Assembly (NCBI GenBank): GCA_904502005.1
Contig: CAJGDC010000002.1
Span: forward strand, 3,916 to 67,915
Direction of reading: 5' to 3'
Length of the DNA stretch: 64,000 bases
DNA from: an uncultured Alistipes sp.
GTDB taxonomy: Bacteria > Bacteroidota > Bacteroidia > Bacteroidales > Rikenellaceae
The notes under the pieces are model-generated. The model had not been told where the DNA came from. It searched no databases and was given only the letters and a program-made list of their open reading frames with translations. Below, piece by piece: positions 1 to 8,394 of this stretch (position 1 is the first letter of the stretch; the number at the start of each line of letters is the position of its first letter). Made by a program: the position numbers and the translations under genes.

Positions 1-572
1 GTATTGCAGACTGGTCACCAACCTACCTGACAGAGGTTTTTGGATGGGATAAGGACTCTGCATCAATCGCATATGCTATTCGTGAGTATGCCGGTATCCC
101 TGGAACAATTCTCGGTGGATGGATATCATCAAAGTTCTTTAATGGTCGTTGTGCGCCAGTAAATGTAATCTTTATGCTCATCGTAACCCTCGGTATTTTG
201 GGTTACTGGCAGGCTGATGTAGTAGCAGAGTTGACACATATTCCGATTACTTGGATTATCTACGGCTCACTCGCCATTATTGGTGGTGCTATCTACGCTC
301 CTGTAGCGATGATTGGCGTTCAGGGACTTGCTATTGTTCCTAAGAATGCTGCAGGTACTGCTGCAGGTTTCCTCGGTCTGTTTGGTTATCTTCTTGGTGA
401 TGCAGTACTCTCAAAGATCGTTTTGGGTAATATTGCACAGAGCTCTCTTGGTTGGAATGCGACCTTCTGGGCTCTTGTTGTCGGTGCGCTGCTTGCTGCC
501 GTAATCTGCCTTGTATCTTGGGGTAAGGAGAAGCGAATGATGGAGGAGCGTATCGCAGCTGCAAACAAGTAG
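1..572 (+). CDS. glpT: MFS glycerol-3-phosphate/organophosphate:Pi antiporter (5' truncated by window edge)
   Basis: Frame is open from position 3: IADWSPTYL...EYAGIPGTILGGWIS...AAGTAAGFLGLFGYLLG, matching GlpT/UhpT-family motifs. Confidence 0.85.
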   Translation, partial: IADWSPTYLTEVFGWDKDSASIAYAIREYAGIPGTILGGWISSKFFNGRCAPVNVIFMLIVTLGILGYWQADVVAELTHIPITWIIYGSLAIIGGAIYAPVAMIGVQGLAIVPKNAAGTAAGFLGLFGYLLGDAVLSKIVLGNIAQSSLGWNATFWALVVGALLAAVICLVSWGKEKRMMEERIAAANK

Positions 573-581
573 TATATAAAA

Positions 582-2408
582 ATGTACAAGAACTTACAAG
601 ATTATATTGCAACACTTCAGAGTGCCGGTGAGTTGATTCGCATCGGCACTCCAGTTTCATCGGTTTACGAAATTGCCGAACTCACAGACCGCCAGGCAAA
701 GAGTCCTGGGGGTGGCAAGGCGCTGCTTTTTGAGAATACAGGCACAGCGTTCCCCGTACTTACAAACATGATGGGCTCCGAAAGGCGTATATCACTTGCC
801 TTGGGAGTTGAGAAGAGCGAGGATATATCCACTCGCATAGACTCTCTACTTTCACAAGTGCTCTCGCCAAAGGAGGGTTTGATGGATAAGTTGAAGATGC
901 TACCGCTGCTTGGCGAGGTGGCAAAATGGTTTCCACGCAAGCTTAAGCGACGCGGAGAGTGTCAGCAGGTGATTCTCAAGGGTGAGAAGGCTTCACTTGA
1001 CATGCTTCCAATACTCAAAAGTTGGGGCTGCGATGGAGGACGGTTTGTCACGCTGCCGATGGTAAATACCCTTGACCCATATACTGGTGTTCGCAACGTG
1101 GGCATGTACCGCATGCAAGTCTTTGACGACCACACAACCGGCATGCACTGGCACCGTCACAAAACTGGTGCGCGACATTATGACGGATACAAGGCGCTGG
1201 GTAAGCCAATGCCCGTATCTGTGGCTATTGGTGGCGACCCTGTATACACCTATGCCGCTACAGCCCCTATGCCGGACAATATGGATGAGTATCTACTGGC
1301 CGGTTTCCTACGTCGCAAGCCTGTAAAGCTTGTCAAATGTATCACCAATGACATCTTTGTACCAGACGACTGCGACTTTGTTATTGAGGGTTATGTTGAT
1401 ACTAACGAGCCTCTTGCAGTAGAGGGAGATTTTGGCGACCACACTGGTTTCTACTCGCTCAAAGACCTCTACCCTCGCTTTCATGTTACAGCAATAACTC
1501 ACCGCAAAGATGCAGTGTACCCTGCTACAGTAGTAGGTATACCGCCACAAGAGGATGCATATATATCTGTTGCCACAGAGCGCATATTCCTTGCGCCAAT
1601 ACGACTTGTCATGCAACCAGAGATAGTCGATATGACTATGCCGACGGCCGGAACATCGCACAACATAGCCATCATCTCACTCAAGAGCAGATACCTGGGC
1701 CAGAGTACTAAGGTTGCTCAGGGCATGTGGAGTGCTGGACAGATGATGTTTAACAAATACCTCATTCTAACACCGGAGAGTACAAATGTTCGTAATAGTG
1801 ACCAAATTGCATCGCTTCTCCGCAACTGCAACCCTGAGCAGGCTATTATACGAGGTGAAGGTATCTACGATGTACTTGACCACGCAACAGCAACATGTGG
1901 CTACGGCGGCAAGATGGCTCTGGATTTGACAATGGTAGATAGTTGCAACAAGAGACCATCTATTCAGGAAATCTCTCTCCCAGAAGGGGTTACAATGAGT
2001 ACTGCGCTTGTTGAGAAGTGGAGTGTGCTGCTACTCTTTGCAGATAGCGCCCATAATATTGACCTTAGTACAATAGCGGCGCAAAAGGGGGCTAATTGCA
2101 ACTACATTCTCCTCTTTGACTCTCGTGCGGAGGGTTTTGAAGCGGAGGATTTGCTATGGATTGCCGCAGCAAATACAGACCCGCGCAGAGATATAACACT
2201 ACACGACAACAAGATAGTTGTAGATGCCAGAATTAAAATTCCGGGAGCAGATGGCAATCCTGCACGCTTTCCAAACGTTGTCACCTCAACCCCGGAGGTT
2301 ATTGAGGCTGTAGACAAGCGTTGGGCAGAGTATGGCATTGGCGATTTTATCGAATCTCCATCGCTTAAATATCGTAAACTGTTGTTCAACGAAAAAGCTG
2401 AGTGGTAA
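582..2408 (+). CDS. UbiD-family decarboxylase (menaquinone biosynthesis decarboxylase type)
   Basis: 608 aa; RNVGMYRMQ, EGDFGDHTGFY and VVGIPPQED UbiD motifs. Confidence 0.9.
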   Translation: MYKNLQDYIATLQSAGELIRIGTPVSSVYEIAELTDRQAKSPGGGKALLFENTGTAFPVLTNMMGSERRISLALGVEKSEDISTRIDSLLSQVLSPKEGLMDKLKMLPLLGEVAKWFPRKLKRRGECQQVILKGEKASLDMLPILKSWGCDGGRFVTLPMVNTLDPYTGVRNVGMYRMQVFDDHTTGMHWHRHKTGARHYDGYKALGKPMPVSVAIGGDPVYTYAATAPMPDNMDEYLLAGFLRRKPVKLVKCITNDIFVPDDCDFVIEGYVDTNEPLAVEGDFGDHTGFYSLKDLYPRFHVTAITHRKDAVYPATVVGIPPQEDAYISVATERIFLAPIRLVMQPEIVDMTMPTAGTSHNIAIISLKSRYLGQSTKVAQGMWSAGQMMFNKYLILTPESTNVRNSDQIASLLRNCNPEQAIIRGEGIYDVLDHATATCGYGGKMALDLTMVDSCNKRPSIQEISLPEGVTMSTALVEKWSVLLLFADSAHNIDLSTIAAQKGANCNYILLFDSRAEGFEAEDLLWIAAANTDPRRDITLHDNKIVVDARIKIPGADGNPARFPNVVTSTPEVIEAVDKRWAEYGIGDFIESPSLKYRKLLFNEKAEW

Positions 2409-3514
2409 TGGTAAACAGAGAGCAAGCGACGGGTGCAATTGTGCTTATAGTGATGATTCTCACTATAACAGCTGTAGTCGTGTTTGCTAACAAGGTTAAG
2501 GTTGATGTAGCTACCGAGCGCATCAATACAGAGCAAATGACTGCCACCACGCTCCAAAAACAAGACTCTCTATTTATTTTTGACCCCAATACCGTAAGCT
2601 ACAATGAACTTCTAACCCTCGGATTTGACAAACACACCGCCGTATCGATACTCAAATATCGCGCACGCGGAAAGGTCTTTGAGATTGCTGAGGAGTTCGC
2701 ACTCTGCTACGGAGTAACAGACTCTATGTTTACTATTCTGCAACCATATATTGTAATTGGTGAGCAATTTAAGGCAAAGCCAAAGATTATTACCGCCAAA
2801 GTAGATACTCTGAAAGAGATTCGACAGCAGCAGTGGGAGCAGAAAAGAGCTAAACGCAAGCCTCACCCTTATGAGCAGTTTAGAATTGACACTGTGGGCA
2901 TTGATTACCTGCAGACAATTGGCTTTACATATCGCCAAGCAGAGGCTCTTATTGATTACCGCGACAGTGGCACTGAGGGAATCAGAAACATGGCAGAACT
3001 CTCTGATTGTTGGGCAGTTTCTGTAGAGATGGCAGACTCACTTGCCAAGTACGTCATCTTCCCAGAGCCAAAGCCCTATGGAGGAAAAGTTGAGATAAAT
3101 TCAGCTGACAGTGCAACCCTTGTAAAGGTTCGTGGCATAGGTCCAAAAACTGCTGGCGCGATTGTCATGTACCGCAAATTACTCGGAGGTTTTGTAAATA
3201 TCAACCAACTTTCAGAGCTAAAATGCGTTACAAGTGAAAATTTTATGCGTTTTTCGAAAGAAATTTGCTGCGATAGTTGTGTTTTTTCAAAAATTGATAT
3301 TAACTTTGCAGCCGTTTCGGAGTTAGAGTACCATCCGTACATGACTCGGCAAGCAATAAACAAGATTATTAAACTACGCAAATCGAAAGGAGGCTGGAAG
3401 TCGTTTGAAGAGATTGTAAATGATGACATATTTACCGAGGAGCAGGCGTTGTCGCTTGAGCCATATCTTCATTTCGGCGATATTCCTTTGGATTTTTTCA
3501 GTAGCGAAAACTAA
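2408..3514 (+). CDS. ComEA-like helix-hairpin-helix DNA-binding membrane protein
   Basis: N-terminal TM; FDPNT..LLTLG; VEINSADSATLVKVRGIGPKTA HhH; IDINFA repeat; ATG overlaps the upstream TAA. Confidence 0.85.
   Translation: MVNREQATGAIVLIVMILTITAVVVFANKVKVDVATERINTEQMTATTLQKQDSLFIFDPNTVSYNELLTLGFDKHTAVSILKYRARGKVFEIAEEFALCYGVTDSMFTILQPYIVIGEQFKAKPKIITAKVDTLKEIRQQQWEQKRAKRKPHPYEQFRIDTVGIDYLQTIGFTYRQAEALIDYRDSGTEGIRNMAELSDCWAVSVEMADSLAKYVIFPEPKPYGGKVEINSADSATLVKVRGIGPKTAGAIVMYRKLLGGFVNINQLSELKCVTSENFMRFSKEICCDSCVFSKIDINFAAVSELEYHPYMTRQAINKIIKLRKSKGGWKSFEEIVNDDIFTEEQALSLEPYLHFGDIPLDFFSSEN
3277..3308 (+). promoter_or_regulatory. Putative Bacteroidota sigma70-type promoter embedded in comEA, probably driving rpsU
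   Basis: TTG(3277)-N21-TAACTTTG(3301-3308) in an AT-rich stretch; no clear promoter in the comEA-rpsU gap. Confidence 0.45.
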
Positions 3515-3620
3515 ACAGCCGGCAGACTGAGGGGGGGGGTGAACAGATTTCATCAACGACCCAAAAGTGCAAAAAAATAGAATAAAATAGAACAAACAAT
3601 TAAAAAAAAGAGAAAATATT

Positions 3621-3815
3621 ATGATTATCATGCCAGTTAAGGAGGGCGAGAATATCGAGCGCGCCCTTAAGAAGTTTAAGCGTAAGTATGAGCGTACAGG
3701 TGTTCTGAAGGAGCTTCGTGCTCGTCAGTACTTCACAAAGCCTTCAATTGCAAAGCGCGAGAAGATGGCACACGCTATTTATGTTGAGAAGCTTCACCGC
3801 GAGGAGGCTGAATAG
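3621..3815 (+). CDS. rpsU: 30S ribosomal protein S21
   Basis: MIIMPVKEGENIERALKKFKRK...RQYFTKPS. Confidence 0.97.
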   Translation: MIIMPVKEGENIERALKKFKRKYERTGVLKELRARQYFTKPSIAKREKMAHAIYVEKLHREEAE

Positions 3816-3822
3816 CAAAGTC

Positions 3823-3850
3823 AAGGCTGTCCAATCGGGCAGCCTTTTTT
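3823..3850 (+). terminator. Intrinsic terminator after rpsU
   Basis: aaggctgtcc-aatc-gggcagcctt followed by a T run. Confidence 0.8.
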
Positions 3851-3874
3851 ATTAAACCTTAAAACTCAAACACT

Positions 3875-4270
3875 ATGGCAACAAACACTAACTCTACAGC
3901 TAGCACAATCTGGGGTCTTGTAGTTCTCGCACTTATCGCCCTGGGTGTAATCCTCGGACTTATGTTCGGAATTCCAATGTACAACGTATGGCAGCAGGAG
4001 ATGAGCGGTCGCGCGGAGCTTGCAAAGGCTGAGCAGAATCGCCAGATTAAGATTGAGGAGGCTAAGGCAAACCTCGAGGCAGAAAAGCTCAACGCTCAGG
4101 CAGAGATTGAGCGTGCTAAGGGTGCTGCTGAGGCTATCCGTATTGAGAATGGCTCGCTGACAACAACCTATATTCAGTATCTCTGGGTGCGCCAGCAGAA
4201 TAATATCCCAGATAAGGTTGTCTATATCCCTACCGAGGCTAATCTACCAATCCTGGAGGCTAAGAAGTAA
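3875..4270 (+). CDS. Small membrane protein resembling the prohibitin/SPFH C-terminal coiled-coil region
   Basis: One TM, then AEAEKLNAQAEIERAKGAAEA coiled coil and YIQYLW...VYIPTEANLPIL tail. Confidence 0.65.
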   Translation: MATNTNSTASTIWGLVVLALIALGVILGLMFGIPMYNVWQQEMSGRAELAKAEQNRQIKIEEAKANLEAEKLNAQAEIERAKGAAEAIRIENGSLTTTYIQYLWVRQQNNIPDKVVYIPTEANLPILEAKK

Positions 4271-4286
4271 AAAAGTCTACAATTCT

Positions 4287-4317
4287 TTTGGATATTAAAT
4301 AATTATATCTACCTTTG
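4287..4317 (+). promoter_or_regulatory. Promoter for the leader and lipoprotein at 4523
   Basis: TTTG(4287-4290)-N19-TACCTTTG(4310-4317). Confidence 0.75.
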
Positions 4318-4337
4318 TAGTAAGAAAGGTGATAATT

Positions 4338-4424
4338 ATGGCGAATATATCCATATTTAACGGAATATTCCCTCTCCGAAAATTCGGGGGGGGGATTTTT
4401 GTATCTATACCTCACCAAATCTAA
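4338..4424 (+). CDS. Putative leader peptide containing a G9 tract (MANISIFNGIFPLRKFGGGIFVSIPHQI)
   Basis: ATG 20 nt after the -7 box, G9 at 4386-4394, TAA 4422-4424; same architecture at 55562-55645. Confidence 0.5.
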   Translation: MANISIFNGIFPLRKFGGGIFVSIPHQI

Positions 4425-4522
4425 TTATTTTAGCAAACATTACAGGCGACAAGAGTTCTTGCCGCCAAAATCGCTATGTACATATATCAAATAACTTATT
4501 TTTCAACTAATTAAAAACAATT

Positions 4523-6991
4523 ATGAAAAACATTTTCCGAATTTTGATGGCTGTGGCTGTTCTGTTCACAGCATCTTGCGCAAAGGAGGACATTAGTTCT
4601 TCTATCGGCGGCGGTGAGGTTGAAGTAACCTTCACTGCAAATCTCCCAGAGCTTGGTACTCGTGCTGAGTATGGCGACGGTACTCAGGTAAACAAACTTC
4701 GTTACTATGTTTACGACAACAAAGGTACCCTCTTGTCAGATTTATCTAAGCAAAAGGGCTATGGTGTTGGTATTAAAGTAGGCACTCCTACCACAGTAAA
4801 CCTTGTTCTTCTCAAGGGTATGACCTACAACATTGTTTTCTGGGCTGACTATAATGAGCTTTATGATTATGACCCTGAAACAAAGAAAATCAATGTAGAA
4901 AATTTCGCTAGCGTTACTGCAAACGACGAGACTCGCGATGCTTTCTATGCTTATGTAACTATCGACCCTGCAGAGGAGAAGGCAGAGGAGAAGGCAAATG
5001 TTACTCTTCGCCGTCCATTTGCACAGCTTAATGCTATCTCTACTGACGATATGACAGCACATACCAATGCTGGCATTGAGCTCGATAAAAGTACTGTAAC
5101 CCTTGATGTTTACAGCACATTCAATGTTGCAACTGGCAAAGCTGAGGATCTTGTAAAAAATAAGACCCTTCAGTATGGCGATGTTTTGGAGGATGGTCTG
5201 ATTTCAATGAACTACTTCTTTGCTTCTAAGGATGAGAGCTATACAACTAATGTTACACTTGCTGTAAAGTATAGCAACACTGCATCATACAGCCGAGAGT
5301 TCACTTATGTTCCGCTCAAGCAGAACTATCGCACAAATATCATCGGTGAGTTGCTCTCTAAGTCTACTGAGTTTACTGTAACTATCGAGGAGGAATTTGG
5401 TAAGGATGAGCCAGAAAGCACTTACGTTGCAACTATTGAGGATCTTCAGGCGGCTATTAACGCAGCGGGTGTTGGCGAGACAAAGATTGTTCTTGGTGCG
5501 AACATGAATGGTAATGTAACTGTTATCCAGAAGGAGGGTGTTAAGATTATTATCGACGGTAACGACCGCAAGTTTGACGGTACTATCAAGGTGCACTCAA
5601 ATTCTAATCACTACCCTAATGCAGCTTTGACTATCCAGAATGTAAAGTTTGAGACCGCTACAGAGTCATTGAACTTCATCGAGGCTCTTGAGAATGGTGC
5701 TGCGCGTTACTCTACAAACATCACCGTTCAGGATTGTACTTTCACAGCTGTAGATACTCGTTCAGCTATTAGCACTGCTGTTGGTGTTCAGATTAAGGCT
5801 TCTAAGAATGCTAAAGTGCTGAACTGTACTGCAACTGGTTTGCACTCACTCGTTCAGGCTCAGAGCTGCGATGAGACAGTAGTAGTTAAGGGCTGTACTA
5901 TCAATGGCAAGAACGGTGTTGCATTCAAGCAGGTAAAGAACGCAGTAGTTGAGGGTACTACTATCACCGCTACTGGTTACGGTATCCGTTTCGACGGTAA
6001 CACTGATAACTATGGTATCGTTGTTAAGGACAACAATGTAACTGCCGTTCAGCCACTTATCATTCGTAAGATGACTGGTGCTAACAATTCTATCGCTCTT
6101 GAGGGCACTAATACTCTTAACACCGAGGCTGATTATCAGATTGTTATTACTAAGGATAGTGATGATGCAGCATACGTTAAGCCAACAGGTACTTACACAC
6201 TTACTGGTGCTGAGGATTACGTTGTTTACCCTCGTGATTACCAGTGCCCAGTTGCTACTTGGGATGAGTTTACCGCTGCGCTTGCTGCAGGTGAGCCTAA
6301 GGTAATGCTCACAGAGAACATTACTGTAGATGATAGCAAAACAATTACTAACAGCGTAGTCATCAACCTCAATAAAAAGGCATTCGAGATTAGCAATGCA
6401 ACTAAAATGCTGAACATCGGTGACAGCGGAAACTCATCTAAACCAAATGTTACCATTCAGAATGGTAATCTCAATTGTATGATATACGCACTATCTGGAG
6501 AGGTTGTTATTAAAGATGTTGTATTTGGTGGTACTATCGCTTATGTTTCAAATTCTCAAGGTGTTATTAGCACAAAACATGCTAATCTTTTGATGGAAAA
6601 TTGTAAGATGACAAATGTAAAGAAATCGGGGGCTACAAAGCCAAGAAGCTTATTAACAGAGGGAAGATCAAGTGGCTATTTGATTTTGAGAAATTGCGAT
6701 TTCAAAAATACTAACCTTGACAGACCATATATCAATCCTCTTAACAACAATGCTGTGTTAGAGCTAACCAATTGTAAATTATATAGTTTAGCATCCAATA
6801 TTGACATTGGTGCGTCATATATATGGAACAATATGAATCTTACAGGCTGCTCTGGTGGTTTCACATTTACAATTTCTCGTGCAAGCACAACCTTGACAGA
6901 TGAAGAGATTGCTATTTATAAAGCCATTAAGAAAAATAATAGTGGTTCTATGAGATTTATCTTCACCGATGGCGAGAAGAATAATCTCTAA
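4523..6991 (+). CDS. Surface lipoprotein with fimbrillin/type-V-pilin-like N-terminus (DUF6562-like) and beta-helix passenger modules
   Basis: Lipobox FTASC; LGTRA; YNIVFWAD, ETRDAFYA, LRRPFAQLN, VPLKQNYRTNIIG motifs; C-terminal beta-helix-like repeats. Confidence 0.75.
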   Translation: MKNIFRILMAVAVLFTASCAKEDISSSIGGGEVEVTFTANLPELGTRAEYGDGTQVNKLRYYVYDNKGTLLSDLSKQKGYGVGIKVGTPTTVNLVLLKGMTYNIVFWADYNELYDYDPETKKINVENFASVTANDETRDAFYAYVTIDPAEEKAEEKANVTLRRPFAQLNAISTDDMTAHTNAGIELDKSTVTLDVYSTFNVATGKAEDLVKNKTLQYGDVLEDGLISMNYFFASKDESYTTNVTLAVKYSNTASYSREFTYVPLKQNYRTNIIGELLSKSTEFTVTIEEEFGKDEPESTYVATIEDLQAAINAAGVGETKIVLGANMNGNVTVIQKEGVKIIIDGNDRKFDGTIKVHSNSNHYPNAALTIQNVKFETATESLNFIEALENGAARYSTNITVQDCTFTAVDTRSAISTAVGVQIKASKNAKVLNCTATGLHSLVQAQSCDETVVVKGCTINGKNGVAFKQVKNAVVEGTTITATGYGIRFDGNTDNYGIVVKDNNVTAVQPLIIRKMTGANNSIALEGTNTLNTEADYQIVITKDSDDAAYVKPTGTYTLTGAEDYVVYPRDYQCPVATWDEFTAALAAGEPKVMLTENITVDDSKTITNSVVINLNKKAFEISNATKMLNIGDSGNSSKPNVTIQNGNLNCMIYALSGEVVIKDVVFGGTIAYVSNSQGVISTKHANLLMENCKMTNVKKSGATKPRSLLTEGRSSGYLILRNCDFKNTNLDRPYINPLNNNAVLELTNCKLYSLASNIDIGASYIWNNMNLTGCSGGFTFTISRASTTLTDEEIAIYKAIKKNNSGSMRFIFTDGEKNNL

Positions 6992-7105
6992 CATCATTTA
7001 CAGAAAATTCTACACTAGTAACTCAAGCGAGTACATTAGATAACAAACAGACCCTGGCAAACGGTCTTAGTAGTCTGCCTGCTTTGTTAAAAAAAGTTAA
7101 TGGGA

Positions 7106-7142
7106 GGAGGTCGCTCAAATGGGAGGGCGGCCTCCGTTTTTT
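7106..7142 (+). terminator. Intrinsic terminator
   Basis: ggaggtcgctc/gggcggcctcc stem followed by gtttttt. Confidence 0.75.
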
Positions 7143-7184
7143 GTGCAAATTGGAGAAATGGCGAGAATTTGCTATCTTTGTAGT

Positions 7185-8150
7185 ATGAAGAGTATTGTAG
7201 AGATTTTTTCAGAGCTTTCATTGCGCTTGCAGAGCATTCCCAGCCAGGTAATTGAGCGTGCGGTGGAACAGAACCGTTGGTTTACGCAGATTGGTACTGC
7301 CATTGAGGCGATACGAGAGCAGATGCTTGACAGTCAGAAGCTTACATCTTGGCTTAACAGTTACGACATACCTATTCACTCTCCAAAACGTATCGCAATA
7401 ATCATGGCGGGAAATATTCCTGCCGTAGGTTTTGCCGACCTGCTCTATGTAATTGCCAGTGGTAATATTCCCGTTGTAAAATACTCCTCCAAGGACAGAG
7501 TTCTCATGGAGCACATTGTAAATGAGCTACAAGACATAGAACCTCAGCTTATAATTGAACAATATAGCGGTCAGAATGTAGATGCAGTAATTGCAACAGG
7601 CAGCGACAGTGCTGCATTACACTTCAAGGCCATATTTGGCGACATCCCTGCCCTAATACGTGGCTCACGACACTCAGTTGCGGTGCTTACTGGCAAGGAG
7701 AGTGAGCAAGAGATTGAGAATCTATCAAAAGACATCTTCACCCACTCGGGTTTAGGTTGTAGGAATGTTTCGCTAATTTTTGCGCCAAAGGATTTTGACT
7801 TTAAGCTCACTGTGCCACCAATGCCGGAGGGGTACAACAACAACTATCGTCATGTGCGTGCGCTGCTAACACTCCAAGGCAAGCGATTCACTGACTGCGG
7901 TGGTGCGCTGACGACAGAGAGCGATGCTACGTTTTCAAGATACATCAGTCTGATAAATATCTGTCGATACAGCGACATCAACAAGGTAAAGCAGTGGCTT
8001 AGTGAGAATGGCTGTCGTCTACAGTGCGTTGTAAGCCGCGAGAAGATAGACTCCAGAAGTGTGGAATTTGGCCGAGCGCAATATCCAGAGTTAAATGATT
8101 ATGCAGACGAGGTGGATGTTATGAAATTTTTAGTTACAATATCATTATAG
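7185..8150 (+). CDS. Acyl-CoA reductase (LuxC-like / aldehyde dehydrogenase fold)
   Basis: IIMAGNIPAVGFAD, VIATGSD, GLGCRNVS, FGRAQYPELNDYAD; start placed at MKS just after TATCTTTG. Confidence 0.8.
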   Translation: MKSIVEIFSELSLRLQSIPSQVIERAVEQNRWFTQIGTAIEAIREQMLDSQKLTSWLNSYDIPIHSPKRIAIIMAGNIPAVGFADLLYVIASGNIPVVKYSSKDRVLMEHIVNELQDIEPQLIIEQYSGQNVDAVIATGSDSAALHFKAIFGDIPALIRGSRHSVAVLTGKESEQEIENLSKDIFTHSGLGCRNVSLIFAPKDFDFKLTVPPMPEGYNNNYRHVRALLTLQGKRFTDCGGALTTESDATFSRYISLINICRYSDINKVKQWLSENGCRLQCVVSREKIDSRSVEFGRAQYPELNDYADEVDVMKFLVTISL

Positions 8151-8318
8151 TAACAAGGTTTTCTCAACACACCCCACGAAAGTTAAATGGTTTAACCAAC
8201 AATAAAACCACAAAAGTTACCAATAATCCCAGATATCTTCAAATATCCAAGTTATTGGTAACCATTTCACTGAAGGGATTTACCGAGAATTTTTTGTTAC
8301 ATTAGTGATATTGTAACT
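8127..8318. repeat. 192-bp palindromic element, copy 1 (MITE-like or recombination module)
   Basis: 3 mismatches versus 10321-10512; about 28-bp imperfect terminal inverted repeats; internal IR gttaccaataa/ttattggtaac. Confidence 0.9.
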
Positions 8319-8394
8319 CATTTTTTAGTGCTACATACTCTATACTAACAGAAATTGGCCTATCTTTGCACTTTAATTTTTCAACTTTAGCAAT

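Noticed and set aside
3531..3539. Third member of the poly-G leader/hairpin system
   Set aside because: No matching leader ORF, and no GGYGA...CUUGYCRCC hairpin about 50 nt downstream
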